The notes under the pieces were generated by a model. That model had not been told where the DNA came from. It ran no database searches and saw only the letters and a program-made list of their open reading frames with translations. A program made the translations under genes and the position numbers. Shown in pieces: positions 47,601 to 55,202 of a stretch of 64,000 bases of DNA. Positions within the stretch are counted from its first letter, which is position 1. Every line of letters starts with the position of its first letter. Source of the stretch: Giardia intestinalis (lineage: Eukaryota); the NCBI GenBank assembly GCA_000002435.2, contig CM018793.1; one strand, written 5' to 3'.

Positions 47601-49803
47601 TCAGGGCTTGCAATCCAAACGTATGTCATATCCAAACACGTTCACTTGGAGAGAAGAAAAGCACCATGATTTTCAGGTTCTGTCTCCACGACGGCACACA
47701 TCAAACAAGAAGACAGGGTCATCGTTCAGCTTAGCGCTAAAGAAGGAAGAGCTGCGGCAACGGAATGAATTAGCTAAGCACATTCACATCCTAGAGGCAG
47801 AACTAGCGCTTGAGCGACAGCGCGTTGAAATGGCGCAGACAAATCCCATGATGATATCGTGCAACTACAATCCAAGCTCTTACCCCTCTGCATTTTTTCA
47901 GGTGAGCGACGGGTTCAAGACTATAATGATCAAAAATCTCAAGAGCAAGCCAGCTGCCCGTCTCCTTTTGCGTGTAGGATCAGATTCTTTAGAGCGGAAC
48001 GATGCTTCTTCCGTGAGGGCGCCTGTAGCAACCCGCTCGCATAGATCTGTTCACCTTCCTTCTGCTCCAGTGGCTATTCCATTATTTGAGCCAACTGAAG
48101 TCCATCAAGGGCTGGCGATAAGCGTTAAGAAAGAGCAGAACCCGGATATCAATGAGCATGTTACCTTCAATGACTCTCTCACCTATGCCACTGCACTAGA
48201 CTGTTTACTGAATGAGATTTTTCCGCTCCCGCCTTCTATCTATAACAACACGCTGACATCATCAGCATTCCTTCAGTCCTATGTTGCAAAGTTTCCAGAA
48301 CTAGCTGAACTACGCAGAGCTCGGACAGCTGCAGCAGATATTCTTCTTTTAGTTCCAGCATCCTGTCCTGCAGCAGAATTGGGAAAATACATTTGTGACT
48401 ACCGTGCGACTAATCCACAAACACATACCTATCCATTGGCTATCGGGGACAAGGTGACCATGGTCTTTTATAAACAAGAGCTTACCAAAGGGGATGGGCG
48501 CGTCATAGAGTCCACACCTGATCCTGCTATCCAGTTCCTGGTCACTAACTCACCAGATCTACAACTGTTACGATATAACACTACAGCAATATATGCATTA
48601 CTTCCATGCCATGTTAAGATTAAATCCATCTCTTGGTTGACACGATTGATCCGACTTCTGATTGAAGAGATTACAAGTCAGGGCCCAGTATCTGCTTTGC
48701 TAGATAGGAACATGGCTATTAAGCGCGTCCATTTATGGGCAAAGAAAAAGTATGGTCTTCAACAATTGGTTACGAATCTTCTCTGGCATCTGTATTGCTC
48801 TCTACTTTTTCATCGACGCACTGATGTAGAGGTGGATTTCTTTGCACGTATTCTGTGCGGAGACTATGATGCCGACCAGCTAAACTTTTATTTGAGCCTC
48901 CGCGATCTGCTTATGCTATCTGCAGGTGCTCAAGATAAGGATAAAGATAAAAGTAGAGACAACTGTGATAGCGGAGATTCTTCTGCAGCTTCCGATAAAA
49001 GTCAACACATAATCGCCTTGAGCGCAGCATTCTCAGTGACAGACAAGCTTTTCCCGATGCTAAACTCCGCTGACGCCTATGAGGTGTTTGGGGCCATCCT
49101 GGACAATTCTACCTTAATGACAGACTCCAGGGATGTTTTCAGAACCGATCTCCGTGCGCATATTAGCACTGTAAAAGACAATCCTGACAAGTGCTCCTCC
49201 ATACGGTCTCTTTCCGTGCCTGTAGGAACTCTGGAAACGTATGTGCTCGTACACATATTACTTAGCATATACACATCTAGAAGAACGGTATTTAACATGC
49301 ATCTCATAGATTTGTTTGAAGCAAGTGCTAGCAGTGCCGGTCCCAAAGCAGGACTGAGCTTAGAAATTGGTCTCGAGATTCTGCGGAAAGCGTGGCCGTA
49401 CCTGCACCGCGAGACCATACTCTCGTTAGTTCATAGAAAGAACCCCAACTCCGCGGTAACTCAGGTGCTGCATTTCGAGGAGTTCGTGGAGCTGTTGGCA
49501 GGTCTTGTTATTGCACCCCCTACTACGATAGACCCTCTCCTTCTACAAGCAAAGGCCGGATTTGCTGCTGCGGAGCAGCAAGCGGTGAAGTTGATACCTC
49601 TTTTGGACAAGGATGTGCCGGACGATGCAGCGCTTTTGCAGGCGCTGGATTCTTTGCGGCAAGATGCCATTGCTGCGCTGCAAAGGCAGTGTTCGCTCAA
49701 GGCAAATGTTGTGGTCGCTGAGTACCTTCGGGTGGCAGAGTTTGAAGGAATGAGGAGAGGCCTTGTGGAAGAAACTCCCGATACTCCAAACGAAATAGAA
49801 TGA
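41614..49803 (+). CDS. giant 2729 aa protein: N-terminal coiled coil then long low-complexity/disordered region and a C-terminal globular part (hypothetical)
   Basis: A single 8.19 kb ORF. The ATG at 41614 follows 'cgtcaaagatagc'. Residues ~190-390 have heptad periodicity ('EEEKKFYDMKMERNKLAYRNTELVTTGVELRTQIEEFIKVQKE'). Confidence 0.75.
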   Translation: MFPGLPNPSKPVTDNDIMDAYLQLRKQTGSRSSSPAKSLSKPAALPKTLKPIQVSHQMKIDTETASLAVEHRFTDHMYDLFGELENDPIFGEDGLLRSNGSLLHVSSSLKVPFGKEVGITDLSPSRFSTVSSPSPHSTSSGSLKTKDPLDIYLESAYSALDTVNTFDPSAADVLYRVIKWLVTDARVKPEEVARHKEASAHALALVADREKVIESLTKEKNSAVAEFEDLRRQIKDSESAAARLQFDLDSSRAEIRMHLEKISLLQADLLEEEKKFYDMKMERNKLAYRNTELVTTGVELRTQIEEFIKVQKECTSHDEEYTMEIKRLKSELDNLKEQYDDDIVAYQQIVGSKTELIADLTMQCNTAQNEVMILKDKLAYMQNCIMANKTVSSQRVKDGSLEGSLVGIVDQSTKNTKGSGDQSDTASQARAAVKKSKPTRGIAVQIGGDKDGLCTVAGEDLEDSEASSFIQFRLGDAGAGSQLLDLPSLAAFLSAQVSAEASKVNALLDICSTGSPSKQSNVASNVIRRKMQLFNNQVSKYKELLIKLANSEDVAVDLDVDSDIDFQASPHTHSAKNPNENPSKKTLHGVSSSSDAQLKTDDIRTLQTIQAVLGETFTLDDLITNEELLRIVGEAKLNLLLGKLKQRGCSTFNASNLLSEASTKDADDSKLSVAQHSLPLREPGKEQLFAATSPHVKAPKKGGQKNALGTESLTRKKAPSFPQKVLNHTGVRTAQKTMPNRAAVRDGKLPQDEASQLVMDGRLEGQMLQKITDISQIDVNLNPENDSLIEENGPSNLLPSDMTEETPIYGYVSPALTSDIFGADPKGSREYPTKVITDKNTVENKPESVVHNRLSTETSVSQKKPVTAIAMTGTRTATQESAEETHQAMKEILEPPARLQTPQDQQRQRMPPDTKQQAMYTVTTKQDSQLLTGMVVKATGPLVSETPVRIKGTPSVQVGKATPHIYKSSVRQPNDQMVFLPGNPVKSIGKLNDHQDSDDESESSSSSSLSLSSHFEDGKLLEKDVAGGVTNEPAASPTQIGLTEDRKHKKKKHNAKAHIKSDKEQGILIQLQGKDAKKGYYTYLQTKNDKALQYEPLLEGSRAFSDVILTASHIYDPHFENALLAKSKQALERIKTRALSDRTKLQMADLDYNYKMPANSILQGSQLLKRQQSEPDLSRGSEKLGGPIVTALFDGTIPHVDGVTSVAKKLIENKAIDHTPRGDASVSDLDLSGLRTYDTGSFASSKSVLDNDDPLIDMAQRAVRHFRLVGKSMQADDTPPFTTEAATSTPMREELPTNPKPLLSLHQSPPIELQEHKTAAGEVCQSSHDMSASKPEPTLASAKRENLVSQASSLLKKTAPILVRTFEPDPLLSDRATDEEGSTNKCCYDIESIFSLGMPSDEKSFELLRTAVSALAAKNMALHDEIEMLKQKLASAKSTSIAHPTPSISMACQSDPNPAAMASPAKTDTEAFTVAADSSHPKRQELRSFYPPKALNVPAQCSSNDLVDQQPNASFVSPPTNSFVEIKSQEGLIDTRSPCQFETDQRTINLEFSNEERVGSAVVKRKLGYEVLTHVAQVAHEPLLKPNKDIVHQSELYAYPLVDPAAENTADGGFGASLTYDTALNLAKSSISKSIIVKNKAIDHPTQSAELDNLMQIDPNSEHVLALSDGSEDEFHQLASTNTADTFRPSATEQHINRILFRNHAKPLLDEYTSIKHANGLTTNANSRDENIPSARSAALPVLVTDLKAAGLKGRPHRSASASTSVQGTALQLFPAEDIDTQNQYLVRTGSCKAILITTQNEEPLGSKELENSNGNIASSTDNQKPPSTSDRFLQGLQPPTNGRIQLDGDEDKTTVVGASQYNPYMQKRVVPYGDLQTSRIHVQDNCEVVPADLLYKEPTDEEVIRQHIHQSAQADLDASAERLGSLVRNRCNAITERPINLKSQRSSPKQSPSRSISPTVTAMGKGEVSAEPHLYTSAPLSPMRMLPQQNDGAVHQGLQSKRMSYPNTFTWREEKHHDFQVLSPRRHTSNKKTGSSFSLALKKEELRQRNELAKHIHILEAELALERQRVEMAQTNPMMISCNYNPSSYPSAFFQVSDGFKTIMIKNLKSKPAARLLLRVGSDSLERNDASSVRAPVATRSHRSVHLPSAPVAIPLFEPTEVHQGLAISVKKEQNPDINEHVTFNDSLTYATALDCLLNEIFPLPPSIYNNTLTSSAFLQSYVAKFPELAELRRARTAAADILLLVPASCPAAELGKYICDYRATNPQTHTYPLAIGDKVTMVFYKQELTKGDGRVIESTPDPAIQFLVTNSPDLQLLRYNTTAIYALLPCHVKIKSISWLTRLIRLLIEEITSQGPVSALLDRNMAIKRVHLWAKKKYGLQQLVTNLLWHLYCSLLFHRRTDVEVDFFARILCGDYDADQLNFYLSLRDLLMLSAGAQDKDKDKSRDNCDSGDSSAASDKSQHIIALSAAFSVTDKLFPMLNSADAYEVFGAILDNSTLMTDSRDVFRTDLRAHISTVKDNPDKCSSIRSLSVPVGTLETYVLVHILLSIYTSRRTVFNMHLIDLFEASASSAGPKAGLSLEIGLEILRKAWPYLHRETILSLVHRKNPNSAVTQVLHFEEFVELLAGLVIAPPTTIDPLLLQAKAGFAAAEQQAVKLIPLLDKDVPDDAALLQALDSLRQDAIAALQRQCSLKANVVVAEYLRVAEFEGMRRGLVEETPDTPNEIE

Positions 49804-49867
49804 ACTCCTTCCCCATAAAGCCAACTATACTTATGTAAAAGTGTGTGTTGTCGCTTTGAATAAAAGT

Positions 49868-50374
49868 ATGGAGCGTGAAGAGGTTCCTGTTTTTGACCCT
49901 GAAACGCTCGAGATAATAGGGAAGAGGTATCGCGATGAACTTACGAAAGAGGACATCCATGGAATTGTCTGCGTTGTCGTCGAGAATTCCGTTGGACAGA
50001 TATTTATGCAAGTTCGCTCTCACACGAAGAAGCTCTATCCTGGAGCCTTTGATCTGTCTGCAAGCGGGTTTGTGCGTGCAGGCGAGCGCTTTGAGGAGTC
50101 TGCATCTCGTGAGCTTGCAGAGGAAATTGGACTGATCGTCGACCCCTCAGCGTTGTCTGAGAGATTGATTTTCCGGGGGATGCTAGCGCCTTCAGAGTAC
50201 CCCTGCTATACACATGTTTACAAGGTACAGACGGATGAGCCGCCTTTGACGTCGACTGATGAGGTCGAGGATGGAAAGTGGTTTGCTCTAGACGAACTGC
50301 GGACAGCAATGCAGACCCAGCCAAAGCGTTTCACACGACTTGCACCTTTGGTTCTGAACCGAGTTTATCCATGA
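49868..50374 (+). CDS. Nudix hydrolase
   Basis: The Nudix box 'GFVRAGERFEESASRELAEEIGL' matches G-x5-E-x7-REuxEExGu. The start is set at the ATG at 49868 ('aataaaagtATG'), because the track start is a GTG. Confidence 0.75.
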   Translation: MEREEVPVFDPETLEIIGKRYRDELTKEDIHGIVCVVVENSVGQIFMQVRSHTKKLYPGAFDLSASGFVRAGERFEESASRELAEEIGLIVDPSALSERLIFRGMLAPSEYPCYTHVYKVQTDEPPLTSTDEVEDGKWFALDELRTAMQTQPKRFTRLAPLVLNRVYP

Positions 50375-50381
50375 TTAGAGC

Positions 50382-51524
50382 TTAACAGCCATTAAGGACG
50401 CTCATGATTATTCCCCTCTCTGCTTCGTCAGGACACATTTCGTATGGCTGTGTCTGCTTCTTGACGTCTTGTGCTGGAGATACGCAGTAGAGCGTGCTAT
50501 AATACTGTGCATAGTCATGAACTGTCAGACCTCCTTCAACGCCATTCCGTTTTGCATATCCCAGAAGTGAGTTAGATAAGCACCTGATCTTGTTGAACCA
50601 CAGTGGCTTGTTCTTCTTAATCCAGTAGTGCAGTGTTTCGACCTCATTAAGCTCATTGATGAATCCTGTTTCGACTGCGAACTCCATCGCTCTCGTGCTA
50701 TCTTCATCTGGAAATGCTCTGCGCAAACTGTCCACTGCTTGCTTTCCAATCTTAATGGATGTCTCGGTGTTATTACTGTAGGCCATTACAATAGACTTCG
50801 GGGCTATCCTGAGGATTAGATCGCTGAATGTAGAGTTTTCTACAGGCACATAGTCTTGTAGTGCACCTATCTCGTCTATTACACTTTCCAATTTGAACTG
50901 GGCGGTGATACTGGATAGTTTTTCACGGACCCACTGTGGCTTTAAGGATACACCTATATCAATGTATTGTGATGCTATACTTAGCATTCGCAATAGATCT
51001 GCGTACCTATTTTGTTTAGATGGTTCTTGATCTATATGGAGAACATTCAATGGGACGCCTTCATCTCGTAAGCGTCGTGCAATGCGAGCGACTGCTTCTA
51101 TATGGCGATAGTCCGTCATGTTGTTGGGATCATCGTTGAGATATATCATCAAATCAGTTGTTATTCCTTTGCTCGCTAAGTACTGGATGTCATAAACATA
51201 ATCTTCCTCGTACGGGAGGACTCCCTTGCTATAGTAATCTTCATACTCCCACTCCACAGACCCTGCGAAGAGAATTACGTTATTAAAGCCATGGAGTGAG
51301 CAAAAGTCTGCTAACTTTTCTATTTCTCCCTGTCTGTTTTTGATCAGGAGGATCCAGGCAGGCGTGCCGTCAATACGGTTGGTTGTGGAGTGAGACCACA
51401 CATAGAGGGACTTCTTTTGTTCTTTATATGCAGTAAATTCCGGATATAGCGCGTCTACATCACTTGAAGAAGTGAATGCGTATGTTGTTACTGCAAGCTC
51501 AAGGATCAGTCCCAGTGTGAGCAT
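50382..51524 (-). CDS. secreted hypothetical protein, possibly a (beta/alpha)8 glycoside-hydrolase-like enzyme
   Basis: Signal peptide 'MLTLGLILELAVTTYAFTSS'. Hydrophobic beta-strand-like segments alternate with helices and end in acidic residues ('NVLHIDQEP', 'DLMIYLNDDP'). The fold assignment is inference only. Confidence 0.6.
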   Translation of the reverse strand: MLTLGLILELAVTTYAFTSSSDVDALYPEFTAYKEQKKSLYVWSHSTTNRIDGTPAWILLIKNRQGEIEKLADFCSLHGFNNVILFAGSVEWEYEDYYSKGVLPYEEDYVYDIQYLASKGITTDLMIYLNDDPNNMTDYRHIEAVARIARRLRDEGVPLNVLHIDQEPSKQNRYADLLRMLSIASQYIDIGVSLKPQWVREKLSSITAQFKLESVIDEIGALQDYVPVENSTFSDLILRIAPKSIVMAYSNNTETSIKIGKQAVDSLRRAFPDEDSTRAMEFAVETGFINELNEVETLHYWIKKNKPLWFNKIRCLSNSLLGYAKRNGVEGGLTVHDYAQYYSTLYCVSPAQDVKKQTQPYEMCPDEAERGIIMSVLNGC

Positions 51525-52458
51525 TTTATTTCCCGGGCCAGAGCATAGCTTATTAAGCCATCATTCGATTGGGTACACATATGAACAATGAGTTCCTAGT
51601 GTTCATATACTTTGGCTGAGACTTTCCTCTTCAGATACGATTACAAAAGTCTAAGATCACCTTTCTAACTATTATCTGAACAAGTTTCTTGGTAAGAAGC
51701 ATTGTTCAGATTCACACCCCAATACTTTATATCAATAATTTAGAAAGTTTCTGTAGACTGCTTGTATTATGCTGATATGTCTTTGAATAACTTGCCAACC
51801 ATATCTGCATTATCTACAAGTAAAAAGGAGAGTGCCGTATATTGCTGACTGGTGATGCATCGCACAGAAAGCATACCACAAGACAGTTTAGATAATAATT
51901 CACTCCACCTTAGTTATTTTCATCGTCGGCTCTTTGGGACTGACTAATGGCTGCCTCTGTCGTCTCTTGGTGTCCGTCCAGTTCGTGGCCTCAGAGATAC
52001 TTGAGATCTCCGGGTAGCTGGCGGTTCTTCCTTTCCAATCGCTTTGGAGACAGACTCTCGGAGCCTGTTAACTAGCCCCATCGGGTGCTCACTTTGCTGC
52101 CATGCCAAATCTCTCAAGATGTTTCTGGACATAGAATGGAGAAGTCATCTGCTCCATGTGTAATTGAGAGCATCCTATCCTTGTATCTTTGCTGCTTCCT
52201 CGTCGTAGTCAGTATGGCTATTGAATGATGCACACGTCAACTGCCTTTCACTTGCCGATAATCCAGATATCCAGCTGTTGAGTATGCGCCAGCTCCCCTA
52301 CAGCTAAGGATTGTGTGAGTGACCATGTCTGGCTTTTAGTCCTTTCTTTGTGCAGCCTTGGGGACCCTCCTCCATGGTCAAGGATTGAGCAGTCTATAAT
52401 GGCAGGATTGCGCTCGCCAGGGGCCCTTTTCCTGTCTCCTGGTGATCTAATAGTCTTT

Positions 52459-54588
52459 TTAACAGCAGCACTCCAACCTTTGTAGTACTTCGTTCGAGAG
52501 GAGGGAGACTATCTCGTGGCATCCCCATAGCTTGGCCATACAAAGAGCATCTCCTCCCGTACTGTCTCTCAGACTCTTCTCTCTCACGAGGAGCTTTACA
52601 CAGTCAATACTACCAATTTTCATAGCAAACATAAGAGCGGTCCATCCCGTTTTCTCCTTCATGCCAGCTTCCTTGTCTACGAGTAGCCTAACACAATCTA
52701 CGTGACGATTCTGCGCAGCCCACATGAGAGCGGTCATCCCGTCAGTCCTCTGCATACCACCCTCCAGCTCCACAAGTAATTTGACGCAGTCTGTGCGGCC
52801 GAGCTCTGCAGCGCACATGAGAGCGGTCCATCCATTGCCATCTTGCATGCGGCTTTCCTTTTTCATGAGTAGCTTAACACAGTCTGTATAACCACGACCT
52901 GCTGCAGCCATGAGAGCTGTAGTTCCGTTATTATCTTGCATACATATCTCCTTCCTTAGTAAACTCCTGGCGCAGTTCGAGTAGCCATTACCTACTGTGG
53001 CCATAAGAGCCGTTCCTCCATTGTTATCTCTCATACCTCCTTCCCTTTCCAGCAAAAGCTCGAGACAGTCTATGTGACCAGTTCTTGCAGCCCATATGAG
53101 GGCCGTCCACCCGCTATTATCTCTTATGCCCCCTTCCTTCTCCAGTAGCAGCCCCACAAGTTCTGTGTGACCGTGTATCGCTGCTCTCATCAGGGCGGTC
53201 CCTCCGCATATCTTCCATCTGTCCACATGTGTGCATCCCTTCATCTGCATGCCTCCCTGGAGCGGTATGAGGGTCTTCACTGCCTCCACGTCGTTTCTGT
53301 CAACGGCCCTCATGAGGTCGGTGGAGTCGTCCTCTTCGAGATGCTCCTCCTCTGTGTCCTCTATATTGTCTGTCTCGTCTGTCGTATCTATTGCATCTAC
53401 TGTGTCTGTCGTATCTGTCGTATCCGCTGTATCCGTTGCATTCCACGCGTCCCCCATGCCTATCTTCATCCATATCTCCTTTACCTTCTCAAGCGTCTTG
53501 GAGGTCTCACCAAACTGCTCCTTAGGGATATCTGCCCCTGCGGATTTAGCAGCAAGCTCCTTCTCAAGAGATAGGATCTTGTTGTTGGCATCATTCAGAG
53601 CAGCCTCCAAAGATGCGCATCTGTTCCTCAGTGCTTTATCTTTGGCTTCCTGTTCATCAGGAGGGCCGTTGAGCATCTGAAGCAGACGGACAAGCCCTCT
53701 GGCTGTCGGCCTCCTCTCTGGATCCAGCACGAATATCCGCTCCAGAACACTCTTTATGAAGCCGTCGGTGATGCCACTCAGATCGGGCCTCCACCCATCG
53801 ACGAAGACATCCTCTGGTTCTCTGCCCCCCAAGAAGTCCGGCTTCCTCAGGGTGGCGAGCTCGTATGCTATGGCCCCAATGCTCCAGATGTTGGACGCGG
53901 GAGTTATGATACCGCGGAGGAGCGTCTCGGGGGCCATGTATGCGGGGTCGCCGGTCTTCGTAGCCCAGCTCGACATGCCCATGCAGAGTTCGAAATTCGC
54001 AAGAACAATGTGCCTCCTATTTTCTGTGAATAAAATATTGTCAGGCTTGAAGATAACACCAGGAAACAGGCTGCCGTGGACACCATTGATGGGATCATGC
54101 AAGTAGATAAGGCAATTAGCAAGGTCTCTTACAAGGGAAAGTACCAACCTCTTAGGAATAGGCTTATGAGTTTCTCTGTAATTAGTGATCAACTGCTGAA
54201 GGTCTCCGCAGCGGCGGTCCATGATAATAAAAATCGTATTGCGACTCTTAATTATCTTGCCGCAGCTGAGAACATCCGGATAAGAGGTGTTTGGAAGAGC
54301 GACTAGCTTGAGTTTGGCAGCATCTACACTATACTGGTCTGGATCATCAGGCCGGATCTCCTTCGCGGCAAGGTGAGGGTATCCTTTAAGAGAGTAGATA
54401 GTACTGTAGGCATCCTTGCTGAGCACGTCACCCAGGCACCTGCGCAGCTTCTCGGGACTGAACATGGGGACGTCATCTGTATCCACCAGCCCCGCAAAAC
54501 CACTAGCTGACCCCTCAGTAGGACTCCTTAGAGTGCTATGTGCGGCGGATGAGGTAAGGGGGTAAGACCGGCAGTCAACAGCCATCAT
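52459..54588 (-). CDS. NEK-family ankyrin-repeat pseudokinase (degenerate kinase domain + coiled coil + TD-repeat + 8 or more ankyrin repeats)
   Basis: The N-terminal kinase-like domain has 'APE' ('DPAYMAPE') but the catalytic motifs are degenerate: 'VHGSLFPGVIFKPDNILF' replaces HRDLKPxN, 'LANFE' replaces DFG, and there is no GxGxxG loop. Next come the coiled coil 'LRNRCASLEAALNDANNKILSLEKELAAK' and the acidic repeat 'DTADTTDTTDTVDAIDTTDETD'. The C-terminus has ankyrin repeats of the form 'GWTALMxAAxxGHxDCVxLLVEKEGGMQ'. The start is moved to the ATG at 54588, whose upstream sense strand reads 'aaaattaaaagtaATGATG'. Confidence 0.8.
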   Translation of the reverse strand: MMAVDCRSYPLTSSAAHSTLRSPTEGSASGFAGLVDTDDVPMFSPEKLRRCLGDVLSKDAYSTIYSLKGYPHLAAKEIRPDDPDQYSVDAAKLKLVALPNTSYPDVLSCGKIIKSRNTIFIIMDRRCGDLQQLITNYRETHKPIPKRLVLSLVRDLANCLIYLHDPINGVHGSLFPGVIFKPDNILFTENRRHIVLANFELCMGMSSWATKTGDPAYMAPETLLRGIITPASNIWSIGAIAYELATLRKPDFLGGREPEDVFVDGWRPDLSGITDGFIKSVLERIFVLDPERRPTARGLVRLLQMLNGPPDEQEAKDKALRNRCASLEAALNDANNKILSLEKELAAKSAGADIPKEQFGETSKTLEKVKEIWMKIGMGDAWNATDTADTTDTTDTVDAIDTTDETDNIEDTEEEHLEEDDSTDLMRAVDRNDVEAVKTLIPLQGGMQMKGCTHVDRWKICGGTALMRAAIHGHTELVGLLLEKEGGIRDNSGWTALIWAARTGHIDCLELLLEREGGMRDNNGGTALMATVGNGYSNCARSLLRKEICMQDNNGTTALMAAAGRGYTDCVKLLMKKESRMQDGNGWTALMCAAELGRTDCVKLLVELEGGMQRTDGMTALMWAAQNRHVDCVRLLVDKEAGMKEKTGWTALMFAMKIGSIDCVKLLVREKSLRDSTGGDALCMAKLWGCHEIVSLLSNEVLQRLECCC

Positions 54589-55182
54589 TACTTTTAATTT
54601 TACAGTACAGTTTACTCTCCGTTTCACTGGGTAAATCTCCCATGCGAGCCAGCGCCGCCCTGGGCAGGTCTCTTGCTTACTCACTAACCGAAATCCAAAT
54701 CCAGACTTCGCAAGTCAAACGTCGTCCACTTCAGCGGGAGAAGAAGCCCAAATGGGGAAGTCGGTGGTCCAACGCCTAGCCCTCTGCGTCCCCAGTAGAC
54801 AACAAACCCGCGGCTGCTCCCACGAGTGAGCCGCTGAGGAAGGCCTGCGGGGACTCGAAGAAAAGAGTCTAGAGAGCATCCAATAGAATGAGCAGGAGGG
54901 CCAGGAGACAGGAACAAGAGAGCTCTAGCATCTTCCTCTAGCGAACCTCCCTGTCATGGAGAAGGGTGTATGGTGGCTGAGTGTGGGGGTTGTAAACCTA
55001 GAGCAATCGCCGGGTCGATGGCTTCAGCATGGCTTTCAGCAAGATGTAGCAGGGAATCCGAACCAGCTGAGCATTGGACCAGGTCCTGGATAGGAGCTAA
55101 GGGCTCCTGTGCACGGCTGGGCTGCTCTCTAGATGGGACAGGGCACGGTGAGCTGGACGGGTGTGATACTATAAGGTATCTA

Positions 55183-55202
55183 TAGTTGTATCGATACAAC
55201 TA
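55183..55202. repeat. 20 bp perfect palindrome tagttgtatcgatacaacta
   Basis: Seen directly in the sequence. The 18 bp core 'agttgtatcgatacaact' is centred on a ClaI-like 'atcgat' site. Confidence 0.8.

Noticed and set aside
53231-53680. 149 aa and 135 aa plus-strand ORFs antisense to the NEK/ankyrin gene
   Set aside because: They are antisense to clear ankyrin and kinase motifs. The Ser/Val-rich translation derives from the TD-repeat complement.
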